Source: an uncultured bacterium
GTDB lineage: Bacteria; Bacillota; Clostridia; Christensenellales; UBA1242
DNA: 64,000 nucleotides
Assembly: GCA_949474265.1 (NCBI GenBank)
Contig: CASXBC010000003.1
Span: forward strand, 14,083-78,082
Direction: 5' to 3'
Part shown: one piece after another, positions 55,076 to 64,000 of the stretch
How positions within the stretch are numbered: the stretch's first letter is position 1
How the letters are laid out: the number at the start of each line of letters is the position of its first letter
Position numbers and translations under genes: made by a program
Notes under the pieces: model-generated
The model's input: the letters and a program-made list of their open reading frames with translations, nothing else
Told to the model about the DNA's origin: nothing
The model's database searches: none

Positions 55076-55570
55076 TTAAAACATAATAACTGCACAAAAA
55101 AGACCTGCAATAATTCCAAGCTTTAAAGATAAGCTTCCGTATTTCTTTTGTTCTTGGTCACAAGTGGTTTTTATCTCTGAAAATCTTGAAACAAAAGAGT
55201 TTATTTCTTTTGTCTGATTTTCAACATCACTTCTTCCCAATGTCTTAAAAAAGAGCAAAACTGCATCTTTTTCTTCACTTTTCAAAACGCCTGCTTTTTT
55301 AAAAATTGTCTCAGAAGATAACTCCTCTTTTTTTTCTAAATATTGCAAAAACGCCTCATCTACTCCAAGCAAGCTTTTTCTCTGTTTGCTGTCAAAATTT
55401 TCTATTAAAACTTTCAATCTTTCTCTCGAATAATTTATTTCAAGCGAAAGCTTGTCTGCAAAAGCAATCAAGGCACTGAAAAACTTTTTTCGTTTTGTGT
55501 ATTTGGCTGAAAACAAAAAGCCAACATAAGTGCAAAGTGCAAATATAAGCAATATTAAAAGATACTTCAT
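55076..55570 (-). CDS. spoIIIAB: Stage III sporulation protein AB
   Basis: 164 aa. TM at both ends and a GspF-like cytoplasmic domain. Operon position. Confidence 0.85.
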   Translation of the reverse strand: MKYLLILLIFALCTYVGFLFSAKYTKRKKFFSALIAFADKLSLEINYSRERLKVLIENFDSKQRKSLLGVDEAFLQYLEKKEELSSETIFKKAGVLKSEEKDAVLLFFKTLGRSDVENQTKEINSFVSRFSEIKTTCDQEQKKYGSLSLKLGIIAGLFCAVIMF

Positions 55571-55585
55571 ACAACCTCCCTATCC

Positions 55586-56488
55586 CTATCTGCTGATGTA
55601 AACTCTGGCAAAGTTTTCATCATAAACGCCCTCAAAAGTGCCAGGACCATTTCTTTTTGAAAGCACAACAAATCTTTTAAAAAGTTTCTCTTTGATGATG
55701 TTTGTAAAAAGCGGTTTTTGAGAAAATGCCTCAATGCTTTCTGAGTGAGTTGATGCCATAATTTTCACTCCACATGTGCAAGCATAACGTATTGCCTCAA
55801 TGTCTTCTTCTTGTCCAAGTTCATCTGTGACAATGAGTTCTGGACTGAGAGAACGTATGCCGTTTTCAAAGCCCATTTTTTTGCTTGAGAAACAAATTTT
55901 GTCAGTAAAATTTGAATTAATATTGCAATCAAGTTCACCTCTTTCATCCAAAAGCAAAACATTCAAAGCAAGGTTTCTTTCTGAAAGTTGATAAACAAAA
56001 TCCCTTAAAAATGTTGTCTTTCCACAACCAGGTGGAGAGATTATGAGAGTGTTTTCTGGAATATTATCTTTTAAGATAAATGGTAATGCGACACTAGAGC
56101 AATTTTTGATGGTGTGCGGAATTCTGATGTTGCAACTTGAAAAACCTGACATTGTCTTGACCTGTCCATTTTCAATGATGAGGTTTCCTCCTATTCCAAT
56201 CCTGACTCCCTCATCTGTCACAATAAAGCCTTTCTTTATTTGCTCATTCACCGAATAAATAGAGCATTCACTCGCACGAAAAATGACATCTTCAATGATG
56301 ATTTTGCTGGCATAAAGTGCATTTTTTAGATTACTTGTTGCCCCTGTTTCACACAAAAAGAAACTTTGTCCACTGATATTCAACACCACAGGTTTGTCGG
56401 CACGCAACCTGATTTCATTGATAGCTCTCAAATTGACTTTTTCGCTGATAATCTTGAAAAACTTTTCTGGCAAAATTTTCTCTAACAT
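55586..56488 (-). CDS. spoIIIAA: Stage III sporulation protein AA (secretion-type ATPase)
   Basis: Walker A SPPGCGKTT and LLDERGEL. Start set at the ATG at 56488. Confidence 0.9.
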   Translation of the reverse strand: MLEKILPEKFFKIISEKVNLRAINEIRLRADKPVVLNISGQSFFLCETGATSNLKNALYASKIIIEDVIFRASECSIYSVNEQIKKGFIVTDEGVRIGIGGNLIIENGQVKTMSGFSSCNIRIPHTIKNCSSVALPFILKDNIPENTLIISPPGCGKTTFLRDFVYQLSERNLALNVLLLDERGELDCNINSNFTDKICFSSKKMGFENGIRSLSPELIVTDELGQEEDIEAIRYACTCGVKIMASTHSESIEAFSQKPLFTNIIKEKLFKRFVVLSKRNGPGTFEGVYDENFARVYISR

Positions 56489-56505
56489 ACTCCCTTCCTT
56501 AACGC

Positions 56506-56534
56506 ATTGTATGAAAAAGCGAAAGTTAAATAGA
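56506..56534 (-). promoter_or_regulatory. Sigma-E-type promoter of the spoIIIA operon
   Basis: TCTATTT-14-CATACAAT on the minus strand compared with the remembered sigma-E consensus (ATATT-N14-CATACAnT). Confidence 0.5.
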
Positions 56535-56637
56535 GAAAAAAACATGACAGGTTTTGTCATATTTTGAATGTTTTAATTTTTGAGTTTATTTTGATACATG
56601 AAAACCCTTTGCATTGTTTGGCAATTACAATTTTTGC

Positions 56638-56666
56638 TTGACAAAATAGCTGGTTGTAGCTATAAT
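56638..56666 (+). promoter_or_regulatory. Sigma-A promoter of the SRP RNA gene
   Basis: TTGACA-17-TATAAT, both hexamers consensus. Confidence 0.8.
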
Positions 56667-56671
56667 AATAA

Positions 56672-56942
56672 AGCTGGGCTAGATGGGGAGTTAGCAGTGC
56701 CCTGTAACCTGCAATCTGCTACAGCAGGATTGAACAATTGCCTAGGTGTAATTTAGTTGAAAATGTGTATAATCTTCAGATGATGAAATCAAGGTCTTAT
56801 GCAATCAGCACCTTTGAACCGTGTCAGGTCCTGACGGAAGCATCACTAAAAAGACCTGTTGATGTGCCATAAGGTGGCTTTGGTGGAGTTTGAAAATTAT
56901 AAGGCAAGCGGTTAAATTGCAACAAAGCATTCGCCCAGCTAT
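56672..56942 (+). ncRNA. ffs: Signal recognition particle RNA, long Bacillus-type with Alu domain
   Basis: 5' AGCTGGGC pairs with 3' GCCCAGCT. Alu-domain-like GGGCTAGATGGGG...CCTAGGTG. Domain IV core GTGTCAGGTCCTGACGGAAGCA. Length about 270 nt. Confidence 0.9.
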
Positions 56943-56945
56943 GAA

Positions 56946-56976
56946 AAAAGCAAGGTTTTAAGCCTTGCTTTTTTTC
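56946..56976. terminator. Bidirectional terminator (SRP RNA / ytxH-like gene)
   Basis: AAAAGCAAGG-tttta-AGCCTTGCTTTTT. Confidence 0.8.
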
Positions 56977-57034
56977 AGTCCTTAATATTGTTATTTTATC
57001 AGTTGTTAAACAAATTTCTTAAGGATTTCAAGCC

Positions 57035-57247
57035 TTATTCGGCTTGTTTTTGTTGTTTTGGGTTTTTACCCTTTGATTTTTGTTTTGGTTTTGCCTCTGA
57101 AACAGTTTCCTTAAGCATTTCAACTTCTTGTTTAACTGCTTTTTCGCCCTTATTTACAAGTTTTTTGGCTTCTTGACTATGTTTGTAAAGAAGTGCTCCT
57201 GTAACAAGTCCAGCACCAAAACCCATAATCATCCAGATTTCTTTCAT
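57035..57247 (-). CDS. YtxH-like small protein (70 aa)
   Basis: GFGAGLVTGALLY TM/amphipathic N-terminus followed by a charged helix. AGGAGG RBS before the ATG at 57247. Confidence 0.7.
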   Translation of the reverse strand: MKEIWMIMGFGAGLVTGALLYKHSQEAKKLVNKGEKAVKQEVEMLKETVSEAKPKQKSKGKNPKQQKQAE

Positions 57248-57317
57248 TTGCTTCCTCCTATCAATAGGATTTGCAAAATGTCGAAAAATATACATTTTTG
57301 GCGACAAAAGCTCAAAT

Positions 57318-58274
57318 TTAATACTTAAATCTATCCAGCATATTTACAATTTTTCCATAATCAATTTGTGAGTTTGTTCTAAAAATCAATGGGTCATCAA
57401 ACATTGACTTACTTTCATCACAAATAGAAGTAAAAGTTTTTGGGTTTTTTATGCGAATGTAATTTGAAACATTGACAAAAGTCTTATAAACATCAGCTTG
57501 GTCATAGAGAGAATTTGGGCAATTTACAAGCAGGCTCTCCAAAAGAATTTGGTTTGGTATTTTGTCATAGACTTTTGAGAAAAGTGCATTAAAAATCCTT
57601 ACCATGCTTATAAACATCTCGCCACAATCTCTGTATTTTTGCTCGAGTTTGTCAAATCTCTTGCCAAATTTCACTTCAATAAACTTATTTTTTGATTCTT
57701 TATAAAGCTTGTATGTGTCTGTGGCAGAATCATAAATTGCAACATAGATATTGATTTTTACGCCTGTTCCAAAATCGTCACTTCCAATCATACTCACGTG
57801 ATAAGGAAATTCATAGACCATTGAAGTTTCTGTTATTTGTTCAGCTAGTCTATACATAAGGTCTCTTCTAAGGTCAGAAAGCTTGTATTTTTCAATAGTG
57901 ATTGGAGTCTTGACAACGTCTTGATTTTTCTTTTTCTTATATTTCTTCTTTCTTCCAATTCTCCAAGAAGCCCTAAATTCTTTCCAAATATATTTCCACC
58001 AATTCTTTTTAACTTTTGAGTTAAATTCAATTTGTGTGTTTTCTACCCCCAAGAAGTAGTCATATTCAGAAAGTTGGCTGAAGGCACCAATATAAATTTC
58101 ATTCACAGGCACAATATTGCATTTTTCAAGTTGAACAAAAGGAGATTTTACAGAAATTCGCTCAACCGCCTCTGAAACAAGCGAGAAAACAGTGTTTGTC
58201 ACATTTTCAGCAAACAAACAATTGCTACTCTCATTCAAGCCTTCAATAATTTCTCTATTTAAAAGATTTTTCAT
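57318..58274 (-). CDS. Hypothetical protein (318 aa), possible nucleotidyltransferase fold
   Basis: IGAFSQLSEYDYFLG resembles the G[SA]x(n)[DE]x[DE] NTase motif, with a later acidic strand NIYVAIYD. Internal poly-Lys insert RKKKYKKKKN. Start at the ATG at 58274. Confidence 0.55.
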   Translation of the reverse strand: MKNLLNREIIEGLNESSNCLFAENVTNTVFSLVSEAVERISVKSPFVQLEKCNIVPVNEIYIGAFSQLSEYDYFLGVENTQIEFNSKVKKNWWKYIWKEFRASWRIGRKKKYKKKKNQDVVKTPITIEKYKLSDLRRDLMYRLAEQITETSMVYEFPYHVSMIGSDDFGTGVKINIYVAIYDSATDTYKLYKESKNKFIEVKFGKRFDKLEQKYRDCGEMFISMVRIFNALFSKVYDKIPNQILLESLLVNCPNSLYDQADVYKTFVNVSNYIRIKNPKTFTSICDESKSMFDDPLIFRTNSQIDYGKIVNMLDRFKY

Positions 58275-58285
58275 CTGATTTTCCT

Positions 58286-60395
<2,110 letters not shown>

Positions 60396-60399
<4 letters not shown>

Positions 60400-60875
60400 T
60401 TGCTTTCTCCTACTTTAGTTTTTGCAACTTTTTCTTCTGAAGCCTTGCTTTCTCCTGAGATTTTCTTGAGTCTTCTTGCGTGTCTTCCACCTTCAAATGC
60501 AGTGGTAAGGAATATTTTAGCAATTTTTATTGCTTTTTTCTTTTTAAGATAGTTTGCACTAAGGCAAAGCACATTTGCATCATTATGCTTTCTTGCAAAC
60601 ATAGCCATGTCTTCATTTAAACATAATGCTGCTCTTATTTTTGGATTTCTATTTGCTGCCAAGCTCATGCCTATACCTGTTCCACAAATAAAAATTCCAA
60701 CATTGTTTTTATCTTCAAGCACTTTTGCAATACCTGTTTTTGCAAAGTCAGGATAATCCACAGGCTCTTTGCTGTAGGTTCCAACATCAATAGTAATTAT
60801 ATTTTCTTGATTGAAAAAAGCTTTAAGTTCTTCTTTCAAAGGATAACCTCTGTGATCACTTGCCATAATTATCAT
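60396..60875 (-). CDS. rpiB: Ribose-5-phosphate isomerase B
   Basis: 159 aa. ASDHRGYPLKE, GIFICGTGIGMS, FEGGRHARR. Confidence 0.93.
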
Positions 60876-61300
60876 AAAACACCTCTCAAATTTTGAATTT
60901 TATTTAAAAGCAACTCAACATTCTCTTCGATTTTCTTTGCAGATTTTATATAAGTCTCAAGGTCTTGCCCATAAGGGTCAATCACTTTACCTGCAAGCTC
61001 CTCAAAGCTCAACACTTTTGGACAGTTGACAAAACGCTTGTGGTCATTGGTAACCGTCACATAAAGACATTCTGGCTTTGTTTTTTTCAACAAGCGACTT
61101 TTCTTTTGCTTTCCGTCATAGCCAAGTTTTTTAAGTGCCAAGCAAGCATTAGTTGCACTTGGCTCCCCCTTTGACATAACACCAGCAGAAGAAAACTTAA
61201 CGTCCATAATTTTTTTAGTTTTTGCCATTTTTTTTGCAATTCGCTCTGCCATAAAAGAACGACAAGTGCCTCCGGTGCAAACAAAACAAATTTCAATCAT
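60872..61300 (-). CDS. Low-molecular-weight phosphatase (YwlE-like protein Arg/Tyr phosphatase)
   Basis: 142 aa. CTGGTCRS P-loop and DPYG. Adjacent to rpiB, as ywlE-ywlF are in Bacillus. Confidence 0.85.
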   Translation of the reverse strand: MIEICFVCTGGTCRSFMAERIAKKMAKTKKIMDVKFSSAGVMSKGEPSATNACLALKKLGYDGKQKKSRLLKKTKPECLYVTVTNDHKRFVNCPKVLSFEELAGKVIDPYGQDLETYIKSAKKIEENVELLLNKIQNLRGVL

Positions 61301-61330
61301 ATTTCACCTAAAGTGATTATAACCCAATCC

Positions 61331-61360
61331 ACAAAAAAAACAAAGCAAAATACTTTGTTT
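61331..61360. terminator. Rho-independent terminator after rsfS
   Basis: AAACAAAG-caaaata-CTTTGTTT flanked by A- and T-runs. Confidence 0.65.
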
Positions 61361-61375
61361 TTCAAAATAATATTT

Positions 61376-61687
61376 TTATATAGAAATCTTTTTTGGTTTA
61401 TATAATTTATCAAGATTATATTTATCTCTGACTTTTGCAAGGAAAATATGCACTGTTACTCCCTCAAAATCAAAAACAATCCATTCACCTTTGTTATAAC
61501 CTTCAATCTTGCCATCATAATGATAATCCTCAGCAATAATATCCGCCACCTTCTTGCTGTCTTGAACCTTGTTTGATGTGGACAAAACAACAAACTTTTG
61601 CTCAGAGTTTGTTGAAAGGTCATAAACTGACACATTTTTCATTTTGTTTGCAGACAAAAGTTCTGCAAGTGCCTTAACTTCAATCAT
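61376..61687 (-). CDS. rsfS: Ribosome silencing factor RsfS
   Basis: 103 aa. GEWIVFDFEGVTVHIF. Confidence 0.9.
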   Translation of the reverse strand: MIEVKALAELLSANKMKNVSVYDLSTNSEQKFVVLSTSNKVQDSKKVADIIAEDYHYDGKIEGYNKGEWIVFDFEGVTVHIFLAKVRDKYNLDKLYKPKKISI

Positions 61688-61693
61688 AAAGTG

Positions 61694-61723
61694 ATTTTAT
61701 CAGCAAAACCAAAGTTTTGTCAA
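61694..61723 (-). promoter_or_regulatory. Sigma-A promoter giving a probably leaderless rsfS transcript
   Basis: TTGACA-18-TGaTAAAAT, then 6 nt (cacttt) to the ATG at 61687. No SD. Confidence 0.55.
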
Positions 61724-61778
61724 CCATTTTCATTTAAAACAATGATTAATCCTCTTCTTTTCTGTCAAAAATTGCATT

Positions 61779-62591
61779 ATGAAAAAAATTAGTTTAATTA
61801 TTCAAGAAATTTTAAAGTTCTTTCTAATATTTCTTATTTTGTTTGTTTGGATAAGATATTTTGTCAAACGTCTTTGGTTGGCAACTCTCATTTCAACCCT
61901 GCTGACATCTTTTATTTGTTTGGCATTATTTTTTGTTTCAAGAAAAAAGAGATTCAACTTTGGAATGAAACTTAAAGAAAAAGAGTCAGCCGAAAACATC
62001 TTTCTTTCGTTGGCTTTTGAAAACAATCCAATGGACTTTTTTTACAAATTAGCAACCAAAAGACATCATGATGTAACCAAGCACAAAAATTATCTTACAA
62101 TTGAATACAAACTTGAAGGTGTCAAAACAGTGCTTTGGTTTGATAACAGTTTTGAAGGTTTAAATGTCCCAAGATTGTGTGATATATATTCAAAGATAAA
62201 AAAAGAAAAAGCAACAAAAATTGTCATTTGTTGCTATGAAAATTCTGATAAAAACCTACCTAGTTTTATTCGCACATTCAAAGAAAAGTTTGTCATTTTA
62301 GATAGGTATAAAAGCTATGAAAAGTTGTACAAATTGTATGCCTGCTTTCCAGAAATTACAAAAACCTATCCAAAAGAGAAAAGCCTTGCTTTCAAGGATA
62401 TGCTAAAATATTCTTTTAACAAAAAAAAGACAAAAAGCTATCTTTTTTCTGCCTTAATTTTAATTTTTAGTGGACTCTTTGTGAGAGTATCGATTTATTA
62501 TTGCCTCATAGCTTCACTTTTAATTGTTTTTGCACTTATTTCACAGTTCAACATAACAAACAATCCTAAAAATGATGATGAAATAATATAA
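61779..62591 (+). CDS. Hypothetical membrane protein (270 aa)
   Basis: 2 N-terminal and 2 C-terminal TM segments flank a soluble domain of about 140 aa. No SD seen. No family recognised. Confidence 0.5.
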   Translation: MKKISLIIQEILKFFLIFLILFVWIRYFVKRLWLATLISTLLTSFICLALFFVSRKKRFNFGMKLKEKESAENIFLSLAFENNPMDFFYKLATKRHHDVTKHKNYLTIEYKLEGVKTVLWFDNSFEGLNVPRLCDIYSKIKKEKATKIVICCYENSDKNLPSFIRTFKEKFVILDRYKSYEKLYKLYACFPEITKTYPKEKSLAFKDMLKYSFNKKKTKSYLFSALILIFSGLFVRVSIYYCLIASLLIVFALISQFNITNNPKNDDEII

Positions 62592-62592
62592 A

Positions 62593-62889
62593 CTAAGGCA
62601 ATTCTATATGTTTGAAACCTTTTTTAGTTGATTTTTTATACAAAATAAAAACATTTCCTATGCACTGCACGACATCTGCATTAATAAGTTTTGCAATTTC
62701 ATTTGCAAGTGTTTTTGCATCACTGTCACAATTGTTTAAGACTTTAAATTTTACAAGTTCTCTTGCTTCTAAGAGTTGTCTTGCTCCCGTCAAAATATTT
62801 TCAGTCAAGCCCTCTTTTCCAATTTGCATAAGTGGTTCAAGTGCGTTTCCAAGTCCTCTCAAAAACGCTCTTTGTTTTGTTGTAATCAT
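62593..62889 (-). CDS. yhbY: YhbY/CRM-domain RNA-binding protein
   Basis: TTKQRAFLRGLGNALEPLMQIGKEGLT. Start at the ATG at 62889 (AGGAG RBS). The track extension MNTTQYIELGEN is encoded by the repeat element. Confidence 0.9.
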   Translation of the reverse strand: MITTKQRAFLRGLGNALEPLMQIGKEGLTENILTGARQLLEARELVKFKVLNNCDSDAKTLANEIAKLINADVVQCIGNVFILYKKSTKKGFKHIELP

Positions 62890-62903
62890 ATTTTCTCCTA
62901 ATT

Positions 62904-62950
62904 CAATATATTGTGTAGTATTCAAATTTTAAATCAGCATACTACACAAA
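62904..62950. repeat. Palindromic-family copy G
   Basis: CAATATATTGTGTAGTATTCAA-attttaaatcagc-ATACTACACAAATT. 11-bp arms at 62911-62921 / 62939-62949. Confidence 0.8.
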
Positions 62951-62961
62951 TTACACCAATT

Positions 62962-64000
62962 TTATTCTACATATTCAAACTCAATATCTTTGATAATGAC
63001 GGTATCTCCCTCTTTCATTCCTTTTTGCAAAAGCATGTCTATGACGCCCATTTCTTTAAGTTTGGTTTGAAGATAAGCAAATGAATATTCATTTGACATT
63101 ATTATTCCTCTGGCAAGGTTTTCAATTCTTCCACCAGAAACTATAAAAGCTCCATCCTGATTTTTATCAATATTGATAGAAGAAAAATCTTTTTTATCAA
63201 AATCAAATTCTTCAACAGAAAGTGCTGGTTTCTTTGGAATCTTTTTAAGGTTTTCCAACACCTTTTTCTTAAGTTCCTCTACCCCATTTCTTGTGTAGGA
63301 TGAAATGCAAACATACTCCTCAACCTTTAAAGTTTTGATAAAGTTTTCAATTTTCTGCTTAAGCTCTTCTTCCTCAAGCAAATCACACTTTGAAAAAGCA
63401 ACAATTTGTTTTGTATTTGCAAGGTGTTTGTCATATTTAACAAGTTCGTTGTTTATGATTCGGAAATCTTCAATAGCATTTCTTCCTTCACACTCTGATA
63501 TATCAATAAGATGAACTATCAGCCTAACTCTCTCAACATGTTTCAAGAAATAATGCCCAAGCCCAGCTCCTTCACTTGCCCCTTCAATAAGTCCAGGTAT
63601 ATCAGCAACAACAAAAGTCTCTCCCAAAACTTCACAAACACCAAGATTTGGATAGATTGTTGTAAAATGATAATTTGCTATTTTTGGATTTGCGTTTGAG
63701 ATTACTGACAACAAGGTTGATTTACCAACATTTGGAAACCCAACAAGTCCGACATCAGCAATAGTCTTAAGCTCAAGGATAACTTCTTTGGTTTCAACAA
63801 CTTCTCCTGCTTGTGAGAAACTTGGTGCTTGTTTAACAGATGATTTGAAATAAGCGTTTCCATGACCTCCCATTCCACCTTTCAAAGCAATGAAGGTTTG
63901 TCCATCTTCGTTTAAATCGGCAATAATTTTATCTGTTTTCGGATTGATTAGCACGGTCCCTGTTGGCACAAGGATGATTTCATCTTTGCCTGTTCTCCCT
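62962..64000 (-). CDS. obg: GTPase Obg/CgtA (N-terminal end beyond window)
   Basis: The reading frame stays open to the window edge. G-domain GFPNVGKST, DIPGLIEGA, SKCD. C-terminal TGS-like/OCT domain. Confidence 0.95.
   Translation of the reverse strand, partial: GRTGKDEIILVPTGTVLINPKTDKIIADLNEDGQTFIALKGGMGGHGNAYFKSSVKQAPSFSQAGEVVETKEVILELKTIADVGLVGFPNVGKSTLLSVISNANPKIANYHFTTIYPNLGVCEVLGETFVVADIPGLIEGASEGAGLGHYFLKHVERVRLIVHLIDISECEGRNAIEDFRIINNELVKYDKHLANTKQIVAFSKCDLLEEEELKQKIENFIKTLKVEEYVCISSYTRNGVEELKKKVLENLKKIPKKPALSVEEFDFDKKDFSSINIDKNQDGAFIVSGGRIENLARGIIMSNEYSFAYLQTKLKEMGVIDMLLQKGMKEGDTVIIKDIEFEYVE

Overview
The window is a low-GC (about one third G+C by eye) chromosomal segment from an endospore-forming Firmicute, probably class Clostridia. 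That assignment rests on a complete spoIIIAA-AH operon, spoIVB, a long Alu-domain SRP RNA, a T-box leader and sigma-E / sigma-G-like promoters. I call 72 CDS, almost all core housekeeping genes. On the + strand: polA (3' end), ruvX, pheST, cysteine desulfurase-thiI, argR-recN, spoIVB, tig-clpP-clpX, rny, comM-dprA-topA, hslVU, tcdA, trxA and nifS-nifU. On the - strand: tgt-queA-ruvBAC, def, yebC, rplT-rpmI-infC, proS, xseAB-nusB, spoIIIA, gap, rpiB, rsfS, yhbY and obg. I found no CRISPR array, tRNA, rRNA, IS element or prophage, and no recognisable defence island or multigene novel system. The observations worth follow-up are listed below. (1) A dispersed family of related intergenic palindromes occurs at 10 or more loci and is built from one roughly 20-nt half-site. 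(2) Seven transcription units have a -10 box only 5-7 nt upstream of the ATG and no Shine-Dalgarno sequence, so they are probably leaderless mRNAs. (3) Gene-strand bias switches convergently at about 33.9 kb (29 of 32 CDS on + to the left, 39 of 40 on - to the right), which suggests a replication terminus. (4) Several orphan or atypical proteins are present: an 887-aa helical-repeat protein in its own strongly signalled transcription unit, a 615-aa membrane-anchored PadR-like protein, a 318-aa possible nucleotidyltransferase-fold protein, a 197-aa protein appended to the tgt operon, and a NifU/IscU scaffold whose third ligand Cys is Ser. All functional calls come from reading the translations and from motifs I recognise. 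No database search was run.
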